Assembly: GCA_965216785.1 (NCBI GenBank) | Contig: OZ244197.1 | Span: forward strand, 2,912,001 to 2,976,000 | Reading direction: 5' to 3' | Length of the DNA: 64,000 nucleotides | DNA from: Thermodesulfobacteriota bacterium | GTDB lineage: Bacteria > Desulfobacterota_D > UBA1144 > Nemesobacterales > UBA2774 | Position numbers and translations under genes: made by a program | Part shown: piece after piece, positions 1-12,203 of the stretch | Layout: each line of letters begins with the position of its first letter | How positions within the stretch are numbered: position 1 is the stretch's first letter | The notes under the pieces: generated by a model | What the model saw: the letters and a program-made list of their open reading frames with translations, nothing else | What the model was told of the DNA's origin: nothing | Database searches by the model: none

Positions 1-2235
1 GTGGGCTTCATCAAATACGGGCACGTCTTGTGAATCGGGAAATGAGCTAAGCACGATACTATCGGACTTTTCTCCGTCCGGAGTTTTTAACTCGACGCCG
101 AACTCCCTGAGTTTATTTGTAAGCTCTTCGGTTATAAACGGCGATATCGGGTGGAGCAGCTGAAGTGAGCTTGTGAGCACCTGTACGAGAACGCTCCTGG
201 TCTTTTGTTTCTGACTGTCGTCATCGCCGTAGAGCGCAGGCTTTACGGCTTCTATGTACCAGTCGCAGTACTCGGCCCAGAAGAATTGATATATAGCGCT
301 TGCCGCCTTGTCGAACTCGTATCCTTCAAAGGATTCCTCTACTACTTTAATCGTGCGGTTAAGCTCTGTCAGTATCCATTTATCGTATGTGGATAGCTCA
401 TCATCCAAGGGTGAGAAACCGGGATCATAACCGTCCAAGTTCATGATGAGAAACCTCGAAGCGTTCCAGAGCTTATTGATAAAATTCCTGTACCCCTGGA
501 TCACGGACATAGAGAGCTTCATGTCTCTTCCCTGAGTGCAGAGCGCAGCCAGAGTGAACCTTAGCGCGTCGGCCCCGTTTTCCTCTATGACACCGAGAGG
601 GTCTATGACATTACCCCTCGTTTTACTCATCTTAAGCCCTTTCTCGTCTCTAATAAGACCGTGAATGTATACGTCTTTAAACGGAACCTCGTCCATAAAT
701 TTGATGCCCTGCATGATCATGCGTGCCACCCAGAAAAAGATGATGTCGTAGGCTGTTACCAGTACGTCTGTAGGGTAATACTTTTTAAGCTCGGGCGTAT
801 CCTCGGGCCAGCCGAGAGTTGAAAAAGGCCAAAGCCCTGAAGAAAACCATGTGTCCAGCACATCTGAGTCTTGAGTAAGCTCTACGTCTTCTCCGTAGTG
901 CTCTTTTGCCGCTTTCAGAGCCTCTTGTTCTGAAAGCGCGACAAACACTTCATTGTCGGGCCCGTACCAGGCCGGAATCTGGTGTCCCCACCAAAGCTGG
1001 CGCGAGATGCACCAGGGCTCGATATTGCGGAGCCATTCAAAGTATGTGTTCTCCCAGTATTTCGGGACAAACTTTATATCTCCCTTCTCAACTGCTTTTA
1101 TCGCCGGGGCCGCCAGCTTCTTTGCATCCACGTACCACTGATCTGTAAGCCAGGGCTCGATAACCACTCCGGAGCGGTCTCCGTAGGGCACAGTGTGGTC
1201 CGTATCCTCTATGGTTTCAAGAAGCCCAAGCGCTTCCATGTCTTCTATTATGCGCTTTCTTGCTTCGAACCTTTCCATTCCCCTGTAAGCTTCGGGTACG
1301 TTTTCGTTTAAGTGCGCGGTGGAATCGAAAATATTTATGACGTCCAGCTTATTCCTAACGCCTACTTCAAAGTCGTTGAAGTCATGCGCTGGTGTGATTT
1401 TTACAGCACCGCTACCCTTCTCCGGGTCGCTGTACTCATCTGCAACTATAGGTATTTCACGCTCCACTAAAGGCAGTACTGCAAACTTACCTACCAGGTG
1501 TTTATACCTCTCATCATCCGGATGAACCGCCACAGCGGTGTCTCCGAGCATTGTTTCGGGTCTGGTGGTGGCAACCGTGATATATTGGCCATCTGATCCT
1601 GCTACAGGGTATTTAAAATGCCATAAATGACCTTTTGATTCTCTCTGCTCCACTTCGAGGTCCGACACGGCGGTCCTGAGCTTGGGGTCCCAGTTAACGA
1701 GGCGTTTGTCCTTGTATATTAGCTTCTGCTTGTAAAGCTCTACAAAAACTTGCCTGACCGCACGGGAGAGCCCATCATCCATGGTGAAGCGCTCTTTATC
1801 CCAATCAGGCATTGCGCCGAGTCGCCTGAGCTGAGTAGTTATCCTGCCCCCGGACTCATCTTTCCACTCCCAAACTCTTTTTAAGAACTTATCTCTACCC
1901 ATCTCTACCCGAGAAGCACCGTCTTTCTCGAGCTCGCGCTCAACAACCATCTGGGTCGCGATACCCGCGTGATCCGTACCCGGCACCCAAAGGGCGTCAA
2001 ACCCTTTCATACGCTTATACCTGATTAAAATGTCCTGTATCGTGTAATCAAGTGCGTGACCAATGTGGAGCGAGCCAGTCACGTTGGGAGGGGGTATGAC
2101 TATAGTGTAAGGAGTTTTGTCAGACTCTGTAGAGGCCTTGTAATAACCCTTTTCCATCCATTCCTCATACCACCTTTCTTCAACCTTCTTGGGGTTATAG
2201 GCCTTGTCCATGTCGGTTTTAATTTCGGAACTCAT
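1..2235 (-). CDS. valS: Valyl-tRNA synthetase (3' end runs off the window; absent from the ORF track)
   Basis: Hand translation from ATG at 2235: MSSEIKTDMDKAYNPKKVEERWY...IVIPPPNVTGSLHIGHAL (HIGH), WVPGTDHAGIATQMVVE, and KMSKTRGNVIDP (KMSKS variant) near 600-635. Confidence 0.97.
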   Translation of the reverse strand, partial: MSSEIKTDMDKAYNPKKVEERWYEEWMEKGYYKASTESDKTPYTIVIPPPNVTGSLHIGHALDYTIQDILIRYKRMKGFDALWVPGTDHAGIATQMVVERELEKDGASRVEMGRDKFLKRVWEWKDESGGRITTQLRRLGAMPDWDKERFTMDDGLSRAVRQVFVELYKQKLIYKDKRLVNWDPKLRTAVSDLEVEQRESKGHLWHFKYPVAGSDGQYITVATTRPETMLGDTAVAVHPDDERYKHLVGKFAVLPLVEREIPIVADEYSDPEKGSGAVKITPAHDFNDFEVGVRNKLDVINIFDSTAHLNENVPEAYRGMERFEARKRIIEDMEALGLLETIEDTDHTVPYGDRSGVVIEPWLTDQWYVDAKKLAAPAIKAVEKGDIKFVPKYWENTYFEWLRNIEPWCISRQLWWGHQIPAWYGPDNEVFVALSEQEALKAAKEHYGEDVELTQDSDVLDTWFSSGLWPFSTLGWPEDTPELKKYYPTDVLVTAYDIIFFWVARMIMQGIKFMDEVPFKDVYIHGLIRDEKGLKMSKTRGNVIDPLGVIEENGADALRFTLAALCTQGRDMKLSMSVIQGYRNFINKLWNASRFLIMNLDGYDPGFSPLDDELSTYDKWILTELNRTIKVVEESFEGYEFDKAASAIYQFFWAEYCDWYIEAVKPALYGDDDSQKQKTRSVLVQVLTSSLQLLHPISPFITEELTNKLREFGVELKTPDGEKSDSIVLSSFPDSQDVPVFDEAH

Positions 2236-2267
2236 GTCTGGATATGAGGTGCAGTGCTGAAAGTAAT

Positions 2268-2301
2268 GGGATTAGAACCCTAACACTATGGCTCTAATCC
2301 C
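2268..2301 (-). terminator. Stem-loop after rpoC, probable intrinsic terminator
   Basis: gggattagaacc-N10-ggctctaatccc inverted repeat 11 nt after the rpoC stop; the U-tract on the minus strand is weak. Confidence 0.6.
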
Positions 2302-2312
2302 GTGATTTTTTG

Positions 2313-5300
2313 TTATTCTTCATCCGCTGCAGCCGCGGTAGGAACAGGTACTTCAAGAACGGGCACTTCAACGTCGATGTTCCTGTATATCGGAAGCCCC
2401 GTACCCGCTGGTATCAGTCTGCCCATGATAACATTTTCCTTGAGTCCCCTGAGATTATCCGCTTTACCTTCGCATGCGGCCTCTGTCAGTACTCTGGTCG
2501 TTTCCTGGAATGACGCCGCTGAAAGCCAGCTGTCCGTGCTAAGAGAAGCTCTCGTTATACCTAAGAGAAGCGGCTCTGCTGATGCAGGTCTTCCGCCCTG
2601 AGCGAGAATCCTTTCATTCTCTTCAAAGAAGATATGCTTTTCAACAGCTTCTCCGACTAGAAGAATGGTATCCCCTGGGTCTTTAATCCTGACACGCTTG
2701 AGCATCTGCCTTACGATTGCCTCTATGTGTTTATCATTTATTTTTACGCCCTGTAACCTGTATACCTCCTGGATTTCATCAACCAGGTAACGGGTTAGCG
2801 CCCTTTCTCCCCTGATGCTTAGGATGTCATGGGGGTTAATGGAGCCGTCAACAAGCTGGTCGCCCGAGCTTACCTGCTCGCCCTCTCTTACGAGTACGTG
2901 CTTACCTCTTGGCGCTAGGTATTCTTTGGGCTCGCCGATCTCAGGGGTAACAACCACTCTCCTCTTCCCTTTAAGGTCTTTCCCGTAGCTTACAATACCG
3001 TCGATTTCCGTCACGACCGCTGGGTCTTTGGGCAACCTTGCCTCAAAGAGCTCCGCCACCCTGGGTAGTCCGCCCGTGATGTCCTTGGTCTTAGCCGTGG
3101 CTCTTGCAATTTTAGCTACAATATCTCCTGCGTTTACTGTGTCGCCTTCGTTCTTTTCGATAATTGCTCCGATCGGAAGAGAATACTGAATGTTCTTTCC
3201 GTCATTTGTTTTTATGACGATTCCGGGGTGCATTTCAAGGTTCTTAGTCTCTATAACTACTTTTTTATAAATACCGGTTACTTCGTCTACCTGCTCTTTA
3301 AGAGTGACTCCCTGCTCTAGATCTACGAAACCGATAGCGCCGTCAAATTCCGCGATGAACGGAGTTGTGTAAGGGTCCCATTCAGCCATCATTTGACCTT
3401 CTTTTACCTTATCACCCTCGGCAATCTTTAGCTTGGCGCCTAAAGCAAGTGGGTACCTTTCTCTTTCATATCCTTTATCATCTACAATAATCAGAGTTCC
3501 GGTACGGTTACTCACAATTTCGCCATCCTTACTGGACACCGTTTTTACGTTATGGAACTGAACAATGCCCTGATGAGAGCTCTCAAGAGTACTCTCGGCA
3601 GCTCTCTGTGAAGCCGCACCACCAATGTGGAAGGTTCTCATGGTAAGCTGGGTTCCGGGCTCTCCGATAGACTGAGCCGCAATGATTCCCACTGCCTCAC
3701 CGATGTTTACGAGCTTACCTGTGGCCAGGTTTCTACCGTAACAAAGCACGCAGACGCCGATCCTGGTCTCGCAGGTAAGAACAGAGCGGATTCTGATTTC
3801 CGTAATACCACCCGCTTCGTCAATTTTTGAAGCCGCCAGCTCATCAATCTCTTCATTCGTCCTTACAATTACATCTCCGCTCACTGGATCAATGATGTCA
3901 TCAAGCGTCACTCTGCCTAATACCCTCTCACCTACCCTTTCTATGATTTCTCCACCCTCAACCAGGTCGCTGACCGTGATCCCCTCTGTGGTGCCGCAGT
4001 CATACTCTTTTATCATGACATCCTGAGCAACGTCGATAAGTCTTCTTGTTAGGTAACCTGCGTTTGCGGTTTTAAGCGCCGTATCTGCCAAACCTTTTCT
4101 TGCTCCGTGAGTCGAAATAAAGTACTGAAGTACCGTAAGACCCTCACGGAAGTTTGATGTGATCGGGGTCTCAATGATCTCACCAGAAGGTTTGGCCATT
4201 AGTCCCCTCATACCGGCAAGCTGACGAACCTGGGTCTGGCTTCCCCTGGCGCCTGAATCGATCATCATATATATTGGATTTGAGCTGGTTCCTTTCTTGG
4301 TTTCACCCTCAGGGTCAATCATCTCTTCAAAAGAAATGTCTTTCATCATCTGCTGTGCTACATCGTCACTTGTTCTAGCCCAGATATCGATCACTTTGTT
4401 GTACCTTTCACCATCTGTAATTAGACCCTGGGAGTACTGGTTTTGCACCTTGACGACTTCATCCTGTGCTTTTTCCAGAAGATCCTTCTTCTTCTCAGGG
4501 ATACTCATGTCGTCGATCGAGATTGAGATTCCCGCTCTTGTTGAGTATTTAAATCCTAAGGTCCTCATGCGGTCTGCTAGAAGTACTGTGCTTTTGCCGC
4601 CGGCTACCCTGAAGCAGTTGTCTACAAGCTCTTCTATAGCCCTCTTTGTCATAACCCTGTTAACCAGGTCAAACGGTATATTTTTAGGCATTATCTCATA
4701 TAGGAACACTCTGCCTGGCGTGGTTTCATACATTTTTTCGTTGATACGTACTTTGATTTTGGCGTGTATGCCGATCTCGCCCGAATCATAAGCCATCTGA
4801 ACTTCATCCATGCTCGAGAATATCTTACCGTCGCCTTTCTCTACGGCCATGTCACGTGTCATGTAGTAGATTCCAAGCACAATATCCTGCGTCGGAAGGA
4901 TGATGGGTTTACCATGAGCAGGCGAAAGAATATTGTTAGTAGACATAACGAGCGCCCTGCACTCTGTCTGTGCCTCTATAGAGAGAGGAACATGAACAGC
5001 CATCTGGTCACCGTCAAAGTCCGCATTGTAAGCCGGGCAAACGAGCGGGTGAATTTGTATGGCCTTATCTTCAATTAATATAGGCTCAAAAGCTTGAATG
5101 CTGAGCCTGTGGAGTGTCGGAGCTCTGTTTAACAGAACCGGGTGCTCTTTGATTACCTCATCCAGTGCGTCCCAAACAATAGGGGCTTCCTGCTCTACCA
5201 GCTTCTTGGCTATCTTTATAGTCGCTGCAGCTCCCCAAAGCTCTAATTTTTGATATATGAACGGTCTGAAAAGCTCAAGACCCATCTGTTTTGGTATTCC

Positions 5301-6395
5301 GCACTGATGGAGCTTAAGCTCGGGGCCTACCGTAATAACGGAACGACCCGAGTAGTCGACCCTTTTACCAAGGAGATTCTGCCTGAACCTTCCCTGTTTA
5401 CCTTTTATTATATCGCTCAGACTCTTAAGAGGTCTGTGGTTATGACCGAGCACGGGTCTTCCCCTCCGGCCGTTTTCCAAAAGCGCGTCAACAGATTCCT
5501 GGAGCATACGTTTTTCGTTCCTTACGATAATATCAGGCGCTCCAAGCTCTAGTAGTTTTTTAAGACGATTATTTCTGTTTATTACACGGCGGTAAAGATC
5601 ATTTAAATCTGAGGTAGCAAAACGGCCTCCGTCCAGAGGAACAAGCGGCCTAAGATCTGGAGGTAGAACGGGGATCCTGGTAAGTATCATCCACTCGGGA
5701 CGATTCTTTGATTTTCTGAACGCTTCACCTATTCTGAGCCTCTTGGCTATTCTTGCTCTTTTGATGGGAGAGGTAGTGTTTTTCATCTCGTGGCGCAACT
5801 GCTCTGAGAGCTCTACGAGATCGATCTTCTTGAGCATTTCCCTTATAGTCTCGGCGCCCATACCAACTTTGAAGCTGTGTCCGTACTCCTCAACAGCCTT
5901 TCTATATCTATCCTCGCTCAGAACCTCAGCGAATTTAAGATCAGTGCCTCCCGGATCCAGCACCACGTATGATTCATAGTAAAGCACTTTTTCCAAGTCC
6001 TTAAGAGTCATATCGAGAAGCATACCGATCCTTGAAGGGATGCTTCTTAGGAACCAGATGTGCGCTACCGGAGATGAAAGCTCTATATGGGCCATTCTGT
6101 CGCGTCTGACTTTTGAAGATATTACTTCGACGCCGCACTTCTCACATGTAATTCCCCTGTGCTTTAGTCTCTTATATTTTCCGCAGGTACATTCGTAATC
6201 CTTTACCGGCCCGAATATCTTGGCGCAAAAAAGCCCGCTCCTTTCGGGTTTGAATGTCCTGTAGTTGATCGTTTCCGGCTTTCTTACTTCTCCGTGAGAC
6301 CAGTCTTTAATCTTCTCAGGCGAAGCAATCGATATTTTTACTGCCGAATACTCAGACGGATTTTTTGGCTTTTCAAATAAAGTATCTACGTCCAC
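2313..6395 (-). CDS. rpoC: RNA polymerase beta' subunit
   Basis: KPETINYRT, zinc-finger Cys residues, catalytic [25 protein letters not shown] at 6395 with an upstream GAGGGAGAG is preferred to the track TTG at 6413. Confidence 0.99.
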   Translation of the reverse strand: MDVDTLFEKPKNPSEYSAVKISIASPEKIKDWSHGEVRKPETINYRTFKPERSGLFCAKIFGPVKDYECTCGKYKRLKHRGITCEKCGVEVISSKVRRDRMAHIELSSPVAHIWFLRSIPSRIGMLLDMTLKDLEKVLYYESYVVLDPGGTDLKFAEVLSEDRYRKAVEEYGHSFKVGMGAETIREMLKKIDLVELSEQLRHEMKNTTSPIKRARIAKRLRIGEAFRKSKNRPEWMILTRIPVLPPDLRPLVPLDGGRFATSDLNDLYRRVINRNNRLKKLLELGAPDIIVRNEKRMLQESVDALLENGRRGRPVLGHNHRPLKSLSDIIKGKQGRFRQNLLGKRVDYSGRSVITVGPELKLHQCGIPKQMGLELFRPFIYQKLELWGAAATIKIAKKLVEQEAPIVWDALDEVIKEHPVLLNRAPTLHRLSIQAFEPILIEDKAIQIHPLVCPAYNADFDGDQMAVHVPLSIEAQTECRALVMSTNNILSPAHGKPIILPTQDIVLGIYYMTRDMAVEKGDGKIFSSMDEVQMAYDSGEIGIHAKIKVRINEKMYETTPGRVFLYEIMPKNIPFDLVNRVMTKRAIEELVDNCFRVAGGKSTVLLADRMRTLGFKYSTRAGISISIDDMSIPEKKKDLLEKAQDEVVKVQNQYSQGLITDGERYNKVIDIWARTSDDVAQQMMKDISFEEMIDPEGETKKGTSSNPIYMMIDSGARGSQTQVRQLAGMRGLMAKPSGEIIETPITSNFREGLTVLQYFISTHGARKGLADTALKTANAGYLTRRLIDVAQDVMIKEYDCGTTEGITVSDLVEGGEIIERVGERVLGRVTLDDIIDPVSGDVIVRTNEEIDELAASKIDEAGGITEIRIRSVLTCETRIGVCVLCYGRNLATGKLVNIGEAVGIIAAQSIGEPGTQLTMRTFHIGGAASQRAAESTLESSHQGIVQFHNVKTVSSKDGEIVSNRTGTLIIVDDKGYERERYPLALGAKLKIAEGDKVKEGQMMAEWDPYTTPFIAEFDGAIGFVDLEQGVTLKEQVDEVTGIYKKVVIETKNLEMHPGIVIKTNDGKNIQYSLPIGAIIEKNEGDTVNAGDIVAKIARATAKTKDITGGLPRVAELFEARLPKDPAVVTEIDGIVSYGKDLKGKRRVVVTPEIGEPKEYLAPRGKHVLVREGEQVSSGDQLVDGSINPHDILSIRGERALTRYLVDEIQEVYRLQGVKINDKHIEAIVRQMLKRVRIKDPGDTILLVGEAVEKHIFFEENERILAQGGRPASAEPLLLGITRASLSTDSWLSAASFQETTRVLTEAACEGKADNLRGLKENVIMGRLIPAGTGLPIYRNIDVEVPVLEVPVPTAAAADEE

Positions 6396-6422
6396 TTTTT
6401 CTCTCCCTCGCAAACTAGATTT

Positions 6423-9400
6423 TTAATCCGTTTCAACTTCCTCTTCTTCAAGAAGATCAATGTCCAGCGATAGCGCCTGGAGCTCTTTTTGAAGAACCTT
6501 AAAGGATTCGGGAAGCCCGGGCTCAAAATTCATATCGCCCTTTACGATCGAATCAAATATTCTCGTTCTTCCTATAACATCATCGGATTTTACAGTTAAA
6601 AATTCCTGCAGCGTATATGACGCACCGTATGCCTCAAGAGCCCATACCTCCATCTCTCCAAGCCTCTGGCCTCCGAAATGGGCTTTACCACCGAGAGGCT
6701 GCTGAGTCACGAGCGAATACGGCCCTATTGCTCTAGCGTGAATCTTTTCCTCAACGAGGTGGTGAAGCTTGAGCATGTACATAACACCAACAGTAACTTT
6801 CTGGTCAAATGGCTCGCCCGTCTCACCGTTAAACAAAATGGTTTTACCGTCTTCAGGCAGGCCCGTTTCCCTGAGCAATTCCTTTATCTCCGCCTCAGAA
6901 GCTCCGTCAAACACAGGAGACTTGACCGGGATACCGCTTCCGAGCCTTCTGGCAATGTCCAAAACCTCGTCATCGTCCAGATTGTCTATAAGCTTCTTTG
7001 GCGTAGCTTCTTTATATATAGCTTTTAGCTTATCCTTCAGCGCCTTGGGGCTAAACTCTCTTTCAATAAATTCATTTATTTGATTCCCAAGCTCTTTTGA
7101 AGCCCAACCCAGGTGTGTTTCGAGCACCTGACCTACATTCATTCGGGAAGGTACGCCGAGAGGATTCAGTATCATGTCTACAGGGCTTCCGTTTGGCAGA
7201 TAGGGCATATCCTCTTCTGAGAGAATCTTGGAAATAACACCTTTGTTCCCGTGGCGCCCCGCCATTTTGTCGCCTACCTGGAGCTTACGTTTAACAGCTA
7301 TGTTGACCTTAACCACCTTCAGCACTCCGGGCGGCAGCTCATCTGGTTTTGTGAGCTTGGATATTCTCTGATCGTAAACAACATTTGTTAAATCAATCTG
7401 TTCAAGCGTCCTCTCAATAAGACGCTTTATCTCGGCCTCTATCGCATCGCCCTTCTCTACACTCAGATCGGCGAACTTCTCAAAAGGCACAGTCTTAAGA
7501 ACTTCTTCAACGATTTTATCACCCTTTTTAAACACGGTTTTTCTGGAAACTGTGAGTTTCGCAGAAGCAGTCTTGTTTAACACTAGGGATTTAATACGCT
7601 CATAGGCGTCATCTTTCAGTATTTTTATTTCATCTTCCAGGTCCTGCTTGAGACGGGTTACTTCGAAGTCTTCGATGCTCTTTGCCCGCTCGTCCTTATC
7701 TACGACACGGGAGATAAGCATCTTTACGTCTATAACAGTGCCGTACACTCCGGGGGATGCCCTGAGCGAGGTGTCCTTTACGTCACCTGCTTTATCTCCG
7801 AATATAGCTCTTAGAAGCCTCTCTTCAGGGGACAGCTGCGTCTCGCCCTTGGGGGAGATCTTACCCACCAGGATGTCGCCCGATTTAACCTCGGCGCCTA
7901 CTCTAATTATACCGCTCTCGTCAAGGTTCCTGAGTGCGTCTTCGCTGACGTTTGGTATGTCTCGCGTAATTTCTTCACGTCCAAGCTTGGTCTCACGCGC
8001 AATACATTCAACTTCTTCTATATGTATGGATGTAAACCTGTCTTCTTTTACGAGCCTTTCGCTCATCAATATCGCATCTTCAAAGTTGTATCCGCCCCAG
8101 GGCATAAACGCCACAAGAACGTTCTGTCCGAGCGCAAGCTCGCCGAAATCGGTTGATGGTCCGTCCGCAATCACCTGACCCGAGCTGATCGGCTGTCCCT
8201 TAGATACGATTGGTTTCTGGTTCCAGCAGGTACTCTGATTGGATTTTTGAAATTTAAGCAGATTGTACATATCTACGCCCGCTTCTGTACCGCTTCCGTT
8301 TTCATTTGAGCTTACGACGATCCTCGAGGAATCAACGTATTCGATTACTCCGTCACGCTTCGCAATTACCGCAACCCCGGAGTCCTTGGCAACAGTGCTC
8401 TCAAGCCCTGTACCCACCAGAGGTGAGCTTGTGCGGATCAGCGGTACGGCCTGGCGTTGCATGTTAGAACCCATAAGCGCACGGTTCGCGTCGTCATGCT
8501 CTAAAAACGGAATGAGCGATGCCGACACAGATACGAGCTGAGCCGGGGATACGTCCATGAGGTCGAGCTTTTCGCGCTCTACCATCATAAACTCCCCTTC
8601 GTGTCTTGCCGAGACGAATTCTGAAGTGAAATTGTTTTTGTCGTCCAGAGGAGCGTTTGCCTGAGCAATAATATACTTCTCTTCGGCAAGCGCATTAAGC
8701 AGTACTATTTCATCTGTGACTCTAGCGTTTTTAACTACCCTGTAAGGGGTTTGAATAAATCCGAAATCATTGATCTTCCCAAAGGTGCTAAGGCTTGAAA
8801 TAAGACCGATGTTGGGACCTTCAGGGGTTTCGATCGGGCAGATTCTGCCGTAATGGGAAGAGTGAACGTCCCTTACTTCAAATCCGGCTCTCTCTCTTGT
8901 AAGACCACCGGGTCCAAGCGCGCTGAGTCTTCTCTTGTGCGTAATCTCAGAGAGCGGGTTTGTTTGATCCATAAACTGTGAAAGCTGTCCGGTAGCGAAA
9001 AACTCCTTAACTACGGCAATAACGGTTTTCGGTATTAAAAGCTCGCTCGGCATCAGGTTCTCAACAGCCTGATAACCCATTTTCTCCTTTACGGAGCGGG
9101 CGAGCCTTTCAAGTCCATGGTAAAAGCGGTCTTCTATGAGCTCACCTACCGTACGCACCCTTCTGTTACCCAGGTGGTCGATATCATCGGTGCTTCCCCT
9201 ACCGCCCCTTAAACCCAGGAGATAGCCCACTGTACCCGTGATATCTTCTTTTGTGAGTGTGTTTACTTCTTCTGAAATATCGTGATTGAGCTTGTAATTG
9301 ATCTTAAGACGCCCTACCTGAGAAAGTCTGTAGGTATCCGGGTTAAAAAACATGTTTTCGAAAAACGTTTCAGCCACACTTAACGTAGGAGGATCAGTCG

Positions 9401-10535
9401 GTCGGAATTTTTTGTAAATCTCCGTTATCGCCTCTTCCCGAGTGTTGACTTTATCGGCTAAAACAGTGCTTCTGAGAGACATTACGACGGATACGTTATC
9501 TATGTAAAAAGTTTTAAACTCCGTCACATCGCTCTTTAGGATTTCTTCTAGCTTATCTTCTGAAATAATTTCGTTAAAACCTACAATCACCTCTCCAGAA
9601 GAGGGATCCACAATATCGTCAGCCGCATATCTATCGATAAGCTCAGAGGGATCTATATCGATTCTTTCAAGTTTAGCCTGTTTTATTCTTTCAATAGTAT
9701 TTCTTACAAATCTTCTGCCCTTTTTGACTACGACATCACCTGTCTTTGGATCTTTTATGTCGGCAGTTGATTTTTGATAGGAAAGCACATCAAAGTTCAC
9801 ATCCTTTTGCACATTCTTTCCGTCTATATATACAGCTTCAACAGGATAGAAATAGGACATGATTTGCTTGTCATCATACCCAAGCGCTTTTAGAAGCACG
9901 GTGACAAGGAACTTTTTCTTTCTATCTATCCTCACATGAAGAAGGTCCTTAGAGTCAAATTCAAAATCGATCCACCTGCCGTCATGCGGGACAATCCTGG
10001 CGGAAAAAGAGCTTCTTCCCGCGCTGTTATCTTTATTTTTCACATGGTCAAAGAAAACTCCAGGCGAGCGGTGGAGCTGATTTACTATCACTCTCTCTGT
10101 GCCGTTTACAATAAAGGAGCCATTCGGAGTCATTAGAGGTATCTCCCCGAAATACACTTCCTGCTCTTTTACGTCTCTGATGGTCCGCTCATCACCTGAC
10201 TCCGTGTCCCATATTACAAGCCTGAAAGTAACGTACAGAGGCGCTACATACGTATAGCCTTTAAGCCTGCACTCGACAGCTTCGTACTTTGGCTTGTCTA
10301 AACGATAGCTTATGTACTCAAGTGACGCTTTCTCATTGTAATCTTCAATTGGGAATACGGTTTTAAATGCGTTATGGAGACCTACGTCCTGTCTCTCTTC
10401 TATAGCCGCATCGCTCTGAAGGAAGTCAAAGTAAGACTTGACCTGTACTTCGAGTAGATGAGGTATATCGAGAATAGATGGTAATTTAGAAAAACTCTTC
10501 CTCAGTTTATAAGATTCTAGACCGTCTAGGCTCAA
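6423..10535 (-). CDS. rpoB: RNA polymerase beta subunit
   Basis: [55 protein letters not shown]. Confidence 0.99.
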   Translation of the reverse strand: MSLDGLESYKLRKSFSKLPSILDIPHLLEVQVKSYFDFLQSDAAIEERQDVGLHNAFKTVFPIEDYNEKASLEYISYRLDKPKYEAVECRLKGYTYVAPLYVTFRLVIWDTESGDERTIRDVKEQEVYFGEIPLMTPNGSFIVNGTERVIVNQLHRSPGVFFDHVKNKDNSAGRSSFSARIVPHDGRWIDFEFDSKDLLHVRIDRKKKFLVTVLLKALGYDDKQIMSYFYPVEAVYIDGKNVQKDVNFDVLSYQKSTADIKDPKTGDVVVKKGRRFVRNTIERIKQAKLERIDIDPSELIDRYAADDIVDPSSGEVIVGFNEIISEDKLEEILKSDVTEFKTFYIDNVSVVMSLRSTVLADKVNTREEAITEIYKKFRPTDPPTLSVAETFFENMFFNPDTYRLSQVGRLKINYKLNHDISEEVNTLTKEDITGTVGYLLGLRGGRGSTDDIDHLGNRRVRTVGELIEDRFYHGLERLARSVKEKMGYQAVENLMPSELLIPKTVIAVVKEFFATGQLSQFMDQTNPLSEITHKRRLSALGPGGLTRERAGFEVRDVHSSHYGRICPIETPEGPNIGLISSLSTFGKINDFGFIQTPYRVVKNARVTDEIVLLNALAEEKYIIAQANAPLDDKNNFTSEFVSARHEGEFMMVEREKLDLMDVSPAQLVSVSASLIPFLEHDDANRALMGSNMQRQAVPLIRTSSPLVGTGLESTVAKDSGVAVIAKRDGVIEYVDSSRIVVSSNENGSGTEAGVDMYNLLKFQKSNQSTCWNQKPIVSKGQPISSGQVIADGPSTDFGELALGQNVLVAFMPWGGYNFEDAILMSERLVKEDRFTSIHIEEVECIARETKLGREEITRDIPNVSEDALRNLDESGIIRVGAEVKSGDILVGKISPKGETQLSPEERLLRAIFGDKAGDVKDTSLRASPGVYGTVIDVKMLISRVVDKDERAKSIEDFEVTRLKQDLEDEIKILKDDAYERIKSLVLNKTASAKLTVSRKTVFKKGDKIVEEVLKTVPFEKFADLSVEKGDAIEAEIKRLIERTLEQIDLTNVVYDQRISKLTKPDELPPGVLKVVKVNIAVKRKLQVGDKMAGRHGNKGVISKILSEEDMPYLPNGSPVDMILNPLGVPSRMNVGQVLETHLGWASKELGNQINEFIEREFSPKALKDKLKAIYKEATPKKLIDNLDDDEVLDIARRLGSGIPVKSPVFDGASEAEIKELLRETGLPEDGKTILFNGETGEPFDQKVTVGVMYMLKLHHLVEEKIHARAIGPYSLVTQQPLGGKAHFGGQRLGEMEVWALEAYGASYTLQEFLTVKSDDVIGRTRIFDSIVKGDMNFEPGLPESFKVLQKELQALSLDIDLLEEEEVETD

Positions 10536-10710
10536 CTTAAGTTACCCCCGTATTTTGTTTTTCTATTTTCCAGTCAAATAATTTCATGCTGAAATTCTTT
10601 ACAATAATACGCAGAACGCACCCCTTAAAATATGGGTGCGCACAACTCAAAAATTATTTTTTAAGCAGTTTTGAGAAAAGATACATTTACACCTTATGGC
10701 GCAATATCAG

Positions 10711-10780
10711 TGACCCCGGCGTCAGCGGACCCCGCAATATAAAACAACCGCGGTTCTAAATGATCCGGCAACCTGGGTCA
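10711..10780 (-). other. Long GC-rich stem-loop in the rplL-rpoB spacer (possible attenuator or processing site)
   Basis: tgaccccgg...cctgggtca outer arms with an inner ccgc/gcgg helix; a second hairpin cgcaccc/gggtgcg lies at 10617-10640. Confidence 0.45.
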
Positions 10781-10794
10781 ACTATGTAAGAGGT

Positions 10795-11190
10795 CTACTT
10801 AACCTCTACTTCTGCGCCAGCTTCTTCAAGCTTTGCCTTTATGCTGTCAGCCTCTTCCTTGTCAATACCTTCTTTTATGGGCTTGGGTGCTCCTTCAACA
10901 AGCTCCTTTGCTTCCTTAAGCCCTAAGGATGTGACCTCTCTAACAGCTTTAATAACCTGTATCTTGTTGCTGCCGAAAGCCTTTAAAACAACGCTGACTT
11001 CCGAACTGTCGCCTGCATCCGCAGCAGCATCACCGCCTGCCCCGGCTCCGGGCGCGGCAGCTACAACCGCCTGAGGCGCAGCAGCTTTAACATCGAATTT
11101 ATCTTCGATCTCTTTTATCAGCTCTGAGATTTCAAGCATGCTAGCCTTCTCAAGATATGTTAATACATCAGTTCTTGTAACTTCGGGCAT
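10795..11190 (-). CDS. rplL: 50S ribosomal protein L7/L12
   Basis: [27 protein letters not shown]; Ala/Gly hinge; canonical position. Confidence 0.99.
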   Translation of the reverse strand: MPEVTRTDVLTYLEKASMLEISELIKEIEDKFDVKAAAPQAVVAAAPGAGAGGDAAADAGDSSEVSVVLKAFGSNKIQVIKAVREVTSLGLKEAKELVEGAPKPIKEGIDKEEADSIKAKLEEAGAEVEVK

Positions 11191-11260
11191 TTTATAAAAA
11201 CCTCCTTAACCTATATGAATCAATAATTTTATCTAAATCCTTACTATTTATTGTTTATCT

Positions 11261-12148
11261 CTATTTTTCTTCTTCACTCTCTTCTGAAGCTTCTTCGGCC
11301 TGTTCAGGCTCTGCCTCTGCTGCTTCTTTTGTTTCCTCTACCTCTTTGGTTGGCTCAGAAACCTCTTGCGGAGCTTCGGCCGCCGCATCTTTAGTGTCTT
11401 CTACGGCTTGCGCTTCATCGGACGATCCCTCAGCTTCCTGGGAAGCCTCTTTACTCTCGTCCTCTGCTTGCTCAGGTTCCTGTGCCGGCTCTTCTGATGC
11501 AGCCTGGTCTTCTTTAGTTTCCTCAGGGGCCTCTTTAGCCTCTGGAGATTCCTGAGCCGCCTCTTCCTTAGCTTCTTTGGCTTCTTTTGCCGGCTCAGCC
11601 GCGGCTTGTGTGGCTTCTTTTTCGGGTTCTTCTTCTTTTGTAGCCTTTAGAGCTTCAAGCGCATAAAGGAGCTTCGTTTGCATTTGACTCAGCACACCTA
11701 CTACATTTGACATAGGAGCCTTCAATAGCCCCATAAACTCGGCGATGAGCTCTGGTCTTGAAGGAAGCTTCGAAAGCTCTGAAATAGCACTTGCATCCAT
11801 GACGCTTCCGTCTACAAAACCGCCCTTTACCTTTAGCATCGGGGCGTCTTTAATCGTATCGACGAAAACCTTTGCAACCGCGGTGGCATCGCTCTCACAT
11901 ATCGCAACCGCCGTAGGTCCCTCAAATAACTCATCTATCTTCTCAATATCAGTATCTTTGGCAGCTATCTTGAGAAGCGTGTTTTTAACAACCTTAAGCT
12001 CGGCCTGGGCATCGCGAACATCTTTTCTGAGCTTTTCCATCTCGTTTACGGTAAGCCCTTTATACTCAACGACCATCACAGACGAACTGGCTTTGAACGC
12101 TGCATTAAATTCCTTAATCTGTTGATCTTTAGCTGCTCTCGTTAACAT
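11261..12148 (-). CDS. rplJ: 50S ribosomal protein L10 with a long acidic C-terminal extension
   Basis: EYKGLTV, KVVKNTL, GPTAVA, LSKLPSR motifs in the first ~170 aa, then an E/A-rich tail; lies between rplA and rplL. Confidence 0.97.
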   Translation of the reverse strand: MLTRAAKDQQIKEFNAAFKASSSVMVVEYKGLTVNEMEKLRKDVRDAQAELKVVKNTLLKIAAKDTDIEKIDELFEGPTAVAICESDATAVAKVFVDTIKDAPMLKVKGGFVDGSVMDASAISELSKLPSRPELIAEFMGLLKAPMSNVVGVLSQMQTKLLYALEALKATKEEEPEKEATQAAAEPAKEAKEAKEEAAQESPEAKEAPEETKEDQAASEEPAQEPEQAEDESKEASQEAEGSSDEAQAVEDTKDAAAEAPQEVSEPTKEVEETKEAAEAEPEQAEEASEESEEEK

Positions 12149-12203
12149 TACTATCTCCTTAATAAACCGATACTAAATAACCCGGGAAATCAAAATATAA
12201 TAC

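Noticed and set aside
205-2247. Short plus-strand ORFs at the window start
   Set aside because: Antisense shadows of valS, which the track missed because it is truncated.
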